The notes below the pieces were generated by a model. It saw nothing but the letters and a program-made list of their open reading frames with translations. It was not told where the DNA came from and did no database searches. Source: Octopus sinensis (lineage: Eukaryota). Taken from it: 64,000 nt of DNA. A program made the position numbers and the translations under genes. Shown piece after piece: positions 36,342 through 49,640 of this stretch. Position 1 is the stretch's first letter; each line of letters begins with the position of its first letter. The stretch lies in the NCBI RefSeq assembly GCF_006345805.1, contig NC_043002.1, positions 45,136,001 to 45,200,000 of the forward strand. Reading direction: 5' to 3'.

Positions 36342-36619
36342 TAACGATAGTCACTGTGGTTTGAACAATTAGCTTTACGTCCACCCCACTTCTATAGCGA
36401 AATTCTTTCCTAAGCCTTCGAACATTCTTTCAATCAACGTACCCTTCCCTCTCCACTGATTCCCTACCTATTATTCCTTTAACCCTTCTCTTCCTACAAT
36501 CTATCTTTGACGTCAATTCTTCTAACGGTTTTTTTAAAAAACACTCATTATCGTTTTGTTTACCACGTAGGCAGTCATCGAAATTTTTGTTTGTCTTGTT
36601 GTCGAGAGAGGCTCCCTTT

Positions 36620-36701
36620 CTTTCCTGATGAGAAGATTGCATAATGCACCCCTTATTCCTTTGGAATGAAAACATGTTGTCTTCGAAACATATGTCGAGA
36701 G
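36620..36701 (+). ncRNA. Canonical type I hammerhead ribozyme in the 3' region of the PLE
   Basis: CUUUC-CUGAUGA-GAAGA...UCUUC-GAAAC-AUAU-GUC^GAGAG. The core is intact and stem III is the palindrome ACAUAUGU. Confidence 0.8.
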
Positions 36702-37343
36702 TAAAGGAATTTTGTTAACATCTTCGTTCGACTCCATTCTTTCATTTATTCATATATATATATACATGCATATATATATACCTATATGTAAGTATATATA
36801 TATGTATATATATATATATATATATACATACATGCATATATATATACCTATATGTATGTATATATATATGTATATATATGCATATATATATATGTATGTA
36901 TATATGCATGTATATATGTAAATACATGTACATATATATAAATATATATATATGTATATATATATATGTATATATATATATGTATATATATATATGTATA
37001 TATATATGTATGTATATGTATGTATATATATATATATATGATATATGTATATATTATATATATATATATGTATATATATATGTATATTATATGTTATGTG
37101 TATGTATGTATATAATATATATATATATGTATATATATATGTTATACAAGAGAAGAAATTAAAAACATCACCACACGAAAGGAGAAAACCTTACTAATGA
37201 TAAATATATGAAGAAAACAGACACGTAATCACCAATGCAATATCCATTTTAAGAGGAAGTTATCGTGGTTGAAACAGAAACATCAATATGAGCTCGCAAA
37301 GGAAGAAAAGCAGAAGTATCCAGATACAATAAATGGAATTATT

Positions 37344-37546
37344 ATACTTTTAGGAGGATTGCCGGGAATCCATCGGGGCCAGTAGCTGAGTCTGTTTTCA
37401 TTTCATCTATAGCCTTTATTACATCGTCTTCCTTTATATCGATGTAATCTATCGTCGCTGCCTCTGATTTTATATCTGCAGTGGTAAAGAAGTCAGTTGG
37501 ATTGGTGATTTGGAAATGCCCAAGGGGTGGAGTGAAAACACTCTTG

Positions 37547-37550
<4 letters not shown>
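37344..37550 (-). mobile_element. Internal fragment of the CR1-group LINE family at 39453-43136
   Basis: ORF 37342-37551 (FKSVFTPP...DSATGPDGFPAILLK) is nearly identical to 41326-41525. Confidence 0.9.
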
Positions 37551-37599
<49 letters not shown>

Positions 37600-38244
37600 T
37601 TATATGAAAATGTGTTGAAAAGGCACCTAAATTCCAAAAACTCGTATATATTTGAAATACATTTATTTACATATATACCGAACTAGTTTAAACGATATTT
37701 TTGGTTCATCAATGGTAAAAGTAAAAACTTAAGATAAATTTAGCATTATGAATTAGGAGGACAGGTGTAAGTTTTAATATTCATAACAGTCAATCATATT
37801 AAAACTGTATATCAATTTGTTTGAATGTACAAAGTTCATTAATTTTAGTGGTGCTCCACAAGTCATACTGAAAAAAAAACGATGGAGAAATGACAATAGT
37901 AAAAAAAGTAATTTGGTTTACAGTTTCTCTGATCCTCTTCTAGTAGACGCTTTCGCTACATATATATATATATATATGTGTGGTGTGTGTGTGGGTGTGT
38001 GTGTGTGTGTGTGTGTGTGGGTGTGTGTATGTGTGTGTGTGGTGTGTGTGGATGTTGTGTGGTGTATGATGTATGTATGTATGTATATATAATATGTATT
38101 ATGTATATACATACCTATATATCTAATATAGGATAAACATATTCGAAAAAATTCTATCAATGGCCAGCATATTAAAAAATACCTTTAAAGGCTTACTTTT
38201 TTGGACGTCTCTAAATTCTAATGCCAAATATACCAAAAATATAT

Positions 38245-39085
38245 ATAATATATAATATATATATATATTATATATAATCTATATATATAATCTATATATA
38301 TATCTATAAATACTATATATATATATAATATATCTATTAAATATATATATAATAATATATAATATATATATATAATATTATATAATAATATATATATATA
38401 ATATATATATATAATATATATATATTCTAATATATATATATAATATATAATATATAATATATATATATAATATATATATATATAATATATATATAATATA
38501 ATATATATAATATATATATATAATATATATATATATAATATATATATAATATATATATATATAATATATATATAATATATATATACTATATATATAATTA
38601 TATATATATAAGATATATATAATATAATATATATAATATATATTATATATAAATATATATATATATATATAATAATATTATATATATCTATATTATATAT
38701 ATATATAATATATATATATATATATAATATATATATAATATATATATAATATATAATATATATATATATAATATATATATAATATATATTATATATATAT
38801 CTATATATATATAATATATATATATAATATATATATAATATATCTATAATATATATATAAATATATATATATATAATATATATATATAATATTATATAAT
38901 ATTAATAATATAATATATATATATTATATATAGAATATATATATATATATATAATATATATATTATATATATAATATATATAATATATAATATATATATA
39001 TATATATAATATATATCTATATATATATAATCTATAATATAATATATAATCTATATAATATATATATATATACTATAATATATAT

Positions 39086-39130
<45 letters not shown>

Positions 39131-39326
39131 CTATATATATATATATAACTAATATAATATATATATATTATATATTATATATATATATTAATAATATATA
39201 TATATATATAATATCTATATATAGATATATATATATATATATATATCTATATATATATAATATATAATCTATCTATATATAATCTAATATATATATATAT
39301 TATAATATATATATAGAATATATACT

Positions 39327-39373
<47 letters not shown>

Positions 39374-39452
39374 CTATTATATAGATATATATATATATAA
39401 TATATGTATATATAATATATATATAATAATATATATATATATATAATATATT
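38245..39452. repeat. ~1.2-kb imperfect (TA)n/(TAA) array
   Basis: Direct inspection. Confidence 0.95.
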
Positions 39453-42400
39453 ATACGATGAAAGAAGTCACCCCCACCTGGTGGACGCCCGGGAGGAGGT
39501 TTTGAATGAGAAACCTGCGGGAAGTGAACCCAGGTGCAAGTTCTCCAACCGGCAGCAAGGGCCATGAGACGGAGAACCCGGTGAAGAGGTAGAGGGAGGA
39601 AGAAGAACTAAAAGAAGGACTGGAAGAGCTAAAGGAAAAGAAAAGCTCAAGCAGGACCAAAGTGTGAAACAACCAGAAAAGAAGTGGAACCGCAAAGGAT
39701 GGAACCAAACAGCGCACACGGTGTGTATGTTCTACCTGAGAGGTTCCTGCTGGCATGGAAAGGAAGGTGCAGGCTGCCGCTTTGCACATCGGGGACCCTG
39801 CCACAGAGACACGAGGCAGATGGACAAACCATCAACACAAAGAAAAGGGATGGACCACGCACCACCTGCCCCAAAACGGAGGTACGCAGATGTTGTGCGC
39901 GCCACAAACAGCCAACATGATGTCGAAAGAGCAGCTGCTGAGCAACAATCTTTTTTGTGCATGGCACAAAAGATTGTACAGCAGCTGACCTGGCTTCATC
40001 AAACCCAAGCCCGCAGGTGGGACTACCCACTATATACCAGACCACCACAGCAAAACAGACACAGGATGGACACCGCCGGCAACAACGTACACCTCACCTC
40101 GATACTCCTACTGACATCAGAGGACTGCAAACCCTCAGTAACAGGACAAGAATCCCGTTCCTGAGAGACTTTGTTGCATGCAATCAAGCCTTATGCATAG
40201 CACTTACAGAAACGCACCTGAAAACCGACATAGCAGATGCGGAGTTACACATACCACAGTATGCTGTACTACGGACCGACAGGAAAGAAAGGAGTCATGG
40301 AGGTGTTGCTATGTAAATCCGTGAGGACCTCACACCCCAGGTCCTCTTGTCATACTCAAACTCGGTGTGTGACACACTAATTGTACATATTAGGCAACTT
40401 GATGTAGTTGTGTGTGCTACATATCGCCCTCCAGATGCCCCAAGCCATGTGGGCAAGTTTGAAGACTGCCTTATAAAAATAGAAGAAATTCTAACCACAT
40501 TAGAGCAACACATAGGTGTGCTTCTTATGGGAGACTTCAATCTGCCAATGTCAGATGGCCCGAGGGCCTTTCTCTCCCAGGAATGACAAGATGTGAACGA
40601 GGACAGGCGAGGTCCCTCCTGAACCTCATCAACACCCTGTACATGGAGCAGGTAATACTCCAACCAACCAGGGCAGTAAACACCACGGATCTCTGCTTCA
40701 CAAATGACATGGATCTCATCCATAATGTGAAAGTGACACCGACACTACTCTCGGATCACAACATGATAGAGCTGACCATGTACGGGCCAAAAGAGAGCAC
40801 GGACATGCAGCCTACAAGAAAACCTCAAAATCTTTCCAGCTTGAACTACCATAAGGCAAACTGGAAACAAATTGAGAAAGAGATCCTCAACAAAACTGGC
40901 CTAATGTCTCTCCTCGCCAGACATCGACGTGAAACTTCAACAATTCATGTCTGTAATGCAGCCATATGCTACAATGTGTCCAGAGAGAAAGGCCACTGTA
41001 CCAAGACCAAATCCCCAGAGAGAGGAAAATTTAATGAGACGGCGTACGAAATTTTAAATCGCCTAAACAAACAGATTGAAAGCAGTGAAAAGTCCCGCCT
41101 AAAAATAAAACTGTTGGAAATCGAAAAATGTCTGCAACTCTCCCATGAAAAAGAAAGAGCAGACAAGAAGCCTGGGCTATAGAAAACATAAAATCTAACC
41201 CCAGAGCTTTCTACAGGTATGCCAAAGAAACAGCTACAGTGCACTGTAAAATAGGGCCACTCCTCGAAAAGGATGGCACACTTACAGGAAAACCAATGAG
41301 GGTAAGTGAAATACTGAATGAGCAATTCAAGAGTGTTTCACTCCACCCCTTGGGCATCTCCAAATCACCAATCCAACTGACTTTTTACCACTGCAGATAT
41401 AAAAATCAGAGGCGGCGACGATAGATTACATCGATATAAAGGAGACGATTGTAACCAAGGCTATAGATGAAATGAAAACAGACTCAGCTACTGGCCCCGA
41501 TGGATTCCCGGCAATCCTCCTAAAAGCATGTAAGAGAGTCCTAGCAAGACCACTGCAGTTCCTCTTTCAGAGCTTCCTTGCAGCTGGCAAACTTCCAGGA
41601 AAACTGAAGGAAGGTAAAATATGCCCCATTCATAAAGGAGGTAGCAGAGCGGAAGCCAAGAACTATAGACCTATCTCTCTGACCTCACACATCAGCAAGG
41701 TCATGGAACGAATAGTCAGAAGGAAGCTGATCACCTTCCTTGAAGAGAATGACTTGCTGCCCGACACCCAACATGGTTTCCGACCAGGGAGAAGCTGTTT
41801 AACTCAGCTCCTACAAACACTATGACTGGGTGCTTGAAACGGCTGCTCAACCACTCAAATGTGGAAGTGATATATCTCGACTTTGCAAAGGCCTTTGATA
41901 AAGTCGATCATGGAATGATATGTCACAAACTGCGTGATCTCAACATAGTTGGAAAACTGGGAGAATGGCTTCATGACTTTCTGAAGGATAGAAGTCAGGT
42001 GGTAGTAGCCAATGGGGCCACCTCCATTAACACACAAATAGTGAGCGGTGTTCCGCAGGGCACTGTTCTGGACCACTACTGTTCATAATGGCCCTCTCAG
42101 ACATGCCCTCAGCCACGCAGAGAGCCACGATCACAAGTTATGCAGATGATACAAAGTTTCACAGGCAATACAGAACCCTGAGGACACTAAACACCTGCAA
42201 TGTGAGCTGGACGAAATATAAAGTGGGCTGAAAAGAATAGCATGCAGTTCAATGCTGGAAAGTTTCAAGCTTTATACTATCAGCATGCAAAACTGAATGC
42301 AATACCCAATGAATACACTGGACCCGGAGGGATTGCAATCCCAGAGGCACAATCAGTGCGTGACCTGGGTATTCACATGAGTGATGACGCGACCTTTCAT

Positions 42401-43136
42401 GTACATGTTGCTAAACTGACAATGAAATGTAGACGGCTGGCTGGATGGATTCTTAGAACCTTTAGAACAGAGAACAAAAAACCATGATGGTCCTCTGGAA
42501 GACACTTGTCCTAAGCCACTTTGACTATTGCTCTCAGCTATGGTCACCAATCCAGTGTCAAGTTGATCACAGAACTTGAGGCGATCCAACGAAGCTACAC
42601 AAAGAAGATAGCCTCTATGCAGAATGTAAGCTACTGGGAAAGACTCAAGAGATTAAAATTATATTCTCTGGAGCGTAGGGCGGAAGATATGCCATAATAT
42701 ACATCTGGAAGATCCTGGAGGGAAGTGTCCTGAACTTTGGCATCGAGAGTTACGCAAATGCCAGAACTGGGCGCCACTGCGTGGTGCCTAGGACTCCAAA
42801 CCTGCCATCAAGATGTAGGACAAGATTCTGTGATAGCCTGGGCTTCCGAGGCCCACAGCTCTTCAATATCCTCCCGAAGAACCTGAGAGACCTGCATGGG
42901 GTGGATACAGATGTCTTTAAAATGAAGCTGGATCTCTTCCTGTCAGGTGTCCCAGATGAACCAACTTCACGGCAGGAGGGGCAGATGAGGGCAGGGCATC
43001 GAACTCTCTCATGCACCAAATAGCAGTTGCTAGAAAGCCTCCATGAAGTGAAACCAAGTAGCAACACCAAATGGCGGTGCCCCAGCATGGCCACAGCTCA
43101 TAAGCTGAAACTAGAATCAATCAATCAATCAATCAA
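39453..43136 (+). mobile_element. Near full-length CR1-group LINE: ORF1 remnant with CCCH zinc finger, APE endonuclease, RT, (TCAA)n tail; many 1-nt indels
   Basis: ORF1 has CMFYLRGSCWHGKEGAGCRFAH. APE motifs IRGL, IALTETHL, RTDR..SHGGVA, YRPP, GDFNLP, DLCFTN and SDH. RT motifs NYRPISLTS, DFAKAFDKVDH, GVPQGTVL and YADD. Confidence 0.95.
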
Positions 43137-43225
43137 TATATATATATAATATATATATATATATATAATATATATATATATATAATATATATATATAATA
43201 TATATATATATAATATATATATAAT

Positions 43226-43627
43226 ATTTGATTTTGATTTTGATTTTTCCAGTTTCAGCTAATGAGCTGTGGCCATGCTGGGGCACCGCCATTTGGTTTG
43301 CTACACGGTTTACCTCACGGATGTTTGTTGGCAAACGCCATCTGGTGCATGAGAGAGTTCGATGCAGCTGCTGCTCTCATCTGCACCTCCTGCCGTGTGA
43401 AGTTGGTTCATCCGGGACACCTGACAGGAAGAGATCCAGTCCTACTTTAAAGACATCCGCATCCACACCATGCAGGTCCCTCAGGTTCTTCGGGAGGATA
43501 TTGAAGAGCCGTGGGCCTCTGAAGCCCAGGCTATCACAATATCTTGTCCTACATTTTGATGGCAAATTTGGAGTCCTTGGTACTACACAGTGGCGTCCGG
43601 TTCTGGCATTTGTGTGACTCTCGATGC

Positions 43628-43631
<4 letters not shown>
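43226..43631 (-). mobile_element. 5'-truncated copy of the same LINE family, tail-to-tail with the previous element, (AAAATC)n tail
   Basis: Reverse complement of ~42736-43116; (TA)n on both sides. Confidence 0.9.
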
Positions 43632-43675
<44 letters not shown>

Positions 43676-44121
43676 GCTTTAGCCAAAAGTATTAGGCCAC
43701 CCCAATGTTTTGGCGTGCTGCTATCTCAATGTTAATGGAACTCAACCATGCACATAGTAGATTATGGTACATTTCACAATATGCATTAGTTTTAATAGAG
43801 TCTGTCGAAGCCAGTTGTAAAATGGGAGAATGAGAAGCTATGTCGGCCGTTTAGGTTAAGAAAAAGGTGTAATATGATATGCGAGGTCAGTGACCCGGGC
43901 TAGAAATTGTCTGCTAGGCTAGTTTCTAGGTAGGCTGGAGTAGGGTGTAGGAGATAATTTATTATAGTAAGCTTGGCGTAATGGTAAGTAAGGAGAGTTC
44001 ATAAAACAATTAAAGGTAAGGGAAGAAGAAAGAAAAAATAAATCAAATGTAAGGGTGAAAAATAAAAGAATACAAGCTAATCAGATATAGGGGCGCTTAC
44101 GACTTGTCGGACACCCTAGAG

Positions 44122-47061
44122 TAGGGGTGGGCAACCCCTGGCACGCATGCCAAACAAGGCACGCCAATAACTTGTTTCTGGCTCGCGAAACCCTCCCTCT
44201 AGTAACCTTCCATTAAACGCCTTTCTTTCAATATATAGCGACTTTTTATTGCTCAGATCCATTTTACATTACAAATTAGGCCTACTTTTATTTAATGATC
44301 TCCTCCCAGATCCGACCAGTGTTTTGGCTTCAGGCTCCGCAACTGGTATTCGTTGACAAGACAACCACCTCACCTACATGTTCAAAATTCCCTTCGATGC
44401 GCGCTACATCAGTGACGTCATCATTATGCTGTATTCTTGCAGTGCTGAATAGTGTAAAGTGGGTTAGCGAATGAATGACAAGCAAACGCTGAGGCTGTTT
44501 AAAGTGCTATCTCTCCCCGCCCCCACCCAGCTATGCTAGTGGACTTCAGTGGCGTATTTTTTGCGGGTGAGTCATCGGCATGGTTTTATATCTTGTGTCT
44601 TGCGTGACTGCAGGTTTGAGTGATACTAATCTTGTGTGACAACAAGTTTGATTATGCTGCCTATACGAGTGTAAAATATGCTCCATAGTACATATATCCA
44701 GTCAGATTAGAAATCCTTTTGAGAATTGATAAGTCTTCTAGATATTTTTCTTTGTAATACAGATCCGTTCTATATGTTAAACGTAAGTTGAAAAATACAC
44801 TTAGCTTTATGCAGTTCTTCCCTGAATTTCCTATCATGCTATTTGTTATGACATGAACACAGTAAATATACTTGTACAGCTTGAATACAATAATATCACA
44901 ACATTTTTCAACAATTTCTAATACATAAGCCAGTACTGTATTGTAATTTTTGTTACGCAGATCATTTGATGTCCATCGATGTTCAAGTGACTAAATCATA
45001 TTCAGAGGACCACGGGTCGATGCTGCTAAATTCAGCCTGCATGCAAGTCTGGGTACAGTTAGTTAACCGTAGTAATGTTTTCGTCGTAGTTGTGTGTACA
45101 TTGTGCATATCGAGTACATGTATTGCATATGTACAAGATTATGCATATACTGGATTGTTATTTCGGGCTTGAACTGTTGCATATGTCATCGCTTCTTGAA
45201 ATGATTTACTGTAAACGTCAAATTATTCGCTGCCATAAAATTTCGCGATTTGTTGCATGTTTTGTTTTTCTTAACCGATCTTTACGCTGGACCATCCTTT
45301 AATTTTGTGGGGATAGCAAACTTTTTTTATTTCAATAAAAAACTAATAAAAAGTAAAGTGGTTTGTTCAAACTTATTACTCACTTAATGACATTTTACTT
45401 TTCTTCTTACTCCTTTTTCACGTATATCATTATCTCATGCATTTTTTTCTGCACTTTATACATTGTGAAGAATGTCAGGACCGCCAGCTAAGAAACGATG
45501 TCGTTCAACTGAAAGAGGTTATTAGAGAATTTCAAAAACACTAGACTGAAAATTTAGGTATGATTAAGAAAAATAATAAAGCATTTTGTATTTTCTATTT
45601 CGAAACTGTTGTTTGTAGAACTGTAAAAAGATATTTTGAAAGTGTTCAGAAGAACTTAAGCAATAAAACTGAAGCGGAACAAAGAGAATTAATTTCTCGT
45701 GAACTCAGTAAAACAAAAAAACAGGCTGATATTTTTATAAACTTTATCTGGGTAATCCCAATTCCAACTTAGTTGCTGTTAGTTATGAGGTTTCAAAAGT
45801 TATTGCCCAACATGGAAAGCCAATCAGTGGCTGGGAGTATATTAAAGAAGCTTGGCTAGAGTGTGCACCTTTCCTTTTTGACAATTTTTCAGAAAAGGAA
45901 AAAATTATTCGGCACATTAAAGAATTGTCTGAGAGTAGAAAAACAGTTAAGGGTAGAATACTTAAGTTGGAGAAGAATACTTCTGAACAACTGACAAAAG
46001 ATTTGTCTTCATGTAAGTGTTTTTCTATTTGTATTGATGAAAGTACAGACATTATATCAACAGCTAGGTTAGCCCTTTTTTCTCGATTTTGTAAAGGTGA
46101 TGAAATATGGCTCCCCTTCTAACACTGCCTGAGCATACTACCGGGGCTGAAATATATAAAGCAGCTGTGAACGAATTCTCTTCTCGACAAATTGACATTT
46201 CAAAAGTAGTAAGAAACAATTTCAAGTTTTACTAAATGAGGTAGAATTTGTGTATAAAGAACTGAAAATGTACGACAATGTTCGATGGCTTAGCCTAAGT
46301 TTGGTACTGAAACGATTTGTTGAATGCTTGAATGAGACAAAGCTCTTTCTGAATGACCAACATGTTTCTGACCAAGAATTGTTTGACATCATGTAGGTTT
46401 GTAAACTAATGTAATTTGCATATTTTTGTGAACATTTGAATGACTTGAATGTTAAATTACAGGACCCTGGCAAGACACTTGATGTTATGTTTGGTGACAT
46501 AAAGGCTTTTGAAATGAAACTAGAAGTTTTGAAGCGGCATGTGGACAATGAGAGATTTAGATACTTCCCAAACCTAAAGAGGTGCATCATTGATCTCTCA
46601 AAAGATGACAGAACAAAAGCTGTTTGTAAACATTGAGTCAACTGTTGAGCAGTTTTTTATAAGGTTTGCTAAATTCAGGAAACTGGAAGAGACAGCAAAA
46701 TTCACGAAGTTCCAAACATTATCAAACTGAAAGAACTAAACTTACAAAAGTTTTCATGGATAAACATGGCTGATTTTGAAATGCAGTTGATTAAAGTTCA
46801 AAGTATCTCGATTTGGAAACAAAAAGTTATTGACCTTAGAGTTGATTTAGAAAATACTGAAGAAACGACGATTAGAGACAGGAGTACCACAGAGGAGTGC
46901 AGAAAACGATATATTAAAGACTTTGAATGTCATTCCAGAAAATTTTTCCAGTTTAAAAAACTTTGCAACAGTACTAATATCCATGTTTTCCTCAACATAT
47001 GCCTGTGAATCATTGTTCTCAGTGATGAAGTTTGTCAAGTCTTGTAATAGGAGTAACCTGA
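44122..47061 (+). mobile_element. hAT (Charlie/SPIN/GTF2IRD2-like) DNA transposon with decayed transposase (~45472-47061); right end missing
   Basis: Left TIR-like taggggtgggcaacc preceded by ccctagag (Charlie-type target). Transposase motifs MSGPPAKKR, FSICIDESTD, VRWLS..LVLKRF, LNDLNVKLQ and STYACESLFSVMK (hAT dimerisation domain). Confidence 0.85.
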
Positions 47062-47953
47062 CCTAGAAAAGAAGTCTGGAAACCTAAAATATTAAAAGCA
47101 TATAATTTACCACCTTAGGGTTACAAAGTCCGTAGGTAAGATGGTGAACTAGTACAGGTCTAGGGAGTAAAAAATTTTTTTCATGGGTAATTCCAAAATA
47201 AGGGGGAACCAAGATGTTTTAAAAGTTATGAAAAGAAAATATAAAAAAATAATAATACAAGGAAGCTTACTAACATGACTATCAATGAGCATTACTTATG
47301 CTAACGAAAAACCTCAAGTTAGAATGTATCAAAACATTACCGTAGGGTGCTTAAGATAGTGTACTCACAGAAATATTACAGAGAACCCCTCCTGTTGTCC
47401 GCAATGGGACTAGTTAAGTCCAGTGATGTCTACAATTGGTCAATTATATTTGAACAGAGGGCATAAGTTTAAACCGTTACAATAGATATGTAAATTAAGA
47501 TGAATGAATAACAAAATCGCCAGGTCTGGTCGGTGTTTGTGAGAGATGCAGCATTGAGGATGAATGAAGCCAGCTCAACCCACCCTGGGTGAATGCTGTC
47601 TCAAGACAAGACAAGAATAGCAATATAAGTAAAGGGTACGGGGGGAGCAGACAACGATATAAGTGGTTCGGGGCCCCTTAAGTCCTGCAGCTTATCGATA
47701 TAGCATACCTGAAAAAAACGGCTAAATGGACACTAGGCAAGACTTGTAGTTAAGGGGATGCAACTAGTACAGGTATTGGTAAAAAATTTATATATAAAAA
47801 CTGCTAAAAATATTGGACTTAACATCATATATAGCAAATTATGGTGAGAATTAGATGTATACAGGTACCTAAGAAAATTCTATCTTGTAGGTACACTAAA
47901 ATGCACAATGCTAAAGCCACTAACATTTTGGGCTTCCAGACTTCTTTTCTAGG
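47062..47953. mobile_element. ~890-bp segment bounded by a perfect 20-bp inverted repeat, truncating the hAT
   Basis: cctagaaaagaagtctggaa (47062-47081) / ttccagacttcttttctagg (47934-47953). Confidence 0.55.
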
Positions 47954-48006
47954 CCATGTTTTCTTTCCTTTTCCTTTTTCCTTTTGTTTATTTTGGATGC
48001 TTTTGT

Positions 48007-48120
48007 TTTACTGATGAAGCACCGTGCCTTGATTCAAAGGACCTATGAAGATGAAGAATTTTATTTTCGCAAATATTTGTAAACATTGATCGGCACCGGA
48101 TGCGTAAACGACCATTAGAT
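48007..48120 (+). ncRNA. Degenerate hammerhead-like motif
   Basis: CUGAUGA-A-GCACCGUGCC...GGCACCGGAUGC-GUAAAC-GACC-AUU. GAAA is disrupted by an extra U. Confidence 0.35.
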
Positions 48121-48224
48121 TTGTTATGTCACATGAATGTTATGCTATGTTTTGTATTAAATAATAAGCTATAAATGTGGTCCAATCGATGGGCTTATTG
48201 ATCTGAGGTTTTCTCCATTTTCTG

Positions 48225-48261
<37 letters not shown>

Positions 48262-48325
48262 CAACGACACTCAAAATATATAACAGAATGGAATTGTAGT
48301 GCTCAAATGAGCTGTATACACTTAG

Positions 48326-48587
48326 TAATCCGAGGGGAAGCAATGTGAGCAGCAACTAGAGGAACATTACAAAATCCACAGAAAGATCAACCACATACAT
48401 ATATTCATATTCATTTATATCTACAGAACAGATATAAATACAGAACAGATATAAATACAGAACAGATATAAATACAGAACATATAAATGTAGATATAAAT
48501 GAATATGAATATATGTATGTGTTTGATCTTTCTGTGGATTTTGTAATATTCCTCTAGTTGTTCCTCACATTGCCTCCCCTCGGATTA
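48326..48587. repeat. 100-bp-arm inverted repeat enclosing a 17-bp tandem array
   Basis: Arms 48326-48425 and 48488-48587. The loop is (gaacagatataaataca)x3 plus a partial unit. Confidence 0.9.
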
Positions 48588-48613
48588 ATATGTGTGTATA
48601 TATATATGTATAT

Positions 48614-48648
<35 letters not shown>

Positions 48649-49125
48649 GATATATATATATATATATGATATATGATATATATGATATATGATATATTTG
48701 ATTTATATATATATATATGATATATATATATGATATATATATGATATATTTGATTATATATATATATATGATATATATATATATGATATATATATATATA
48801 TGATATATATATATGATATATATATATAGATATATATATATATATATGATATATATATATATATGATATATATATGATATATATATATATGATATATTAT
48901 ATATGATATATATATATATATATATGATATATATGATATATATAATATGATATATATATATATATATATGATATATAATATATATATGATAATATATATA
49001 TATGATATATATATATATATGATATATAATATATATGATATATATATATATATATGATATATATATATATATGATATATATATATATATGAATATATATA
49101 TATATATGATATATATATATATATG

Positions 49126-49163
<38 letters not shown>

Positions 49164-49198
49164 TGTGTGTGTGTGTGTGTGTGTTGGTGTGTGTGTGT

Positions 49199-49241
<43 letters not shown>

Positions 49242-49269
49242 TAAATATATACATATTCATATATGTATA

Positions 49270-49384
49270 AGTTTGCTTCCCAACAACATGGTTCAGCTCC
49301 ATGTCTTCCATTATAGCCTCGGGCCTACCAAACCCTTGTAAGTGGGTTTGGTACACGGAAACTAAAAGAAACCCACTGTGTGTA

Positions 49385-49454
<70 letters not shown>

Positions 49455-49640
49455 TGTCCTTCCCCCACGGCTTGACAACCGGTGTTTTTGTGTTTTTTTC
49501 CCCGTAAATTAGTGGTTCGGCAAAAGAAACGATAGAAAAAGTACAAGGCTTAAAAAATAAATATTGGGGTCGATTCGCTCGACTCAAATTCTTCAGGGCA
49601 GTGCCCCAGCATATCTGCAGTCTAATGATTGAAATAAGTT
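49270..49640 (+). mobile_element. tRNA-derived SINE with internal (TG)n
   Basis: gtttgcttcccaac...ccttgtaagtgggtttggta...gcttgacaaccgg...gcagtgccccagcat tail. Confidence 0.75.

Noticed and set aside
45472-47061. Domesticated GTF2IRD2/ZBED-like host gene
   Set aside because: Multiple stops and frameshifts plus a TIR indicate a dead transposon.
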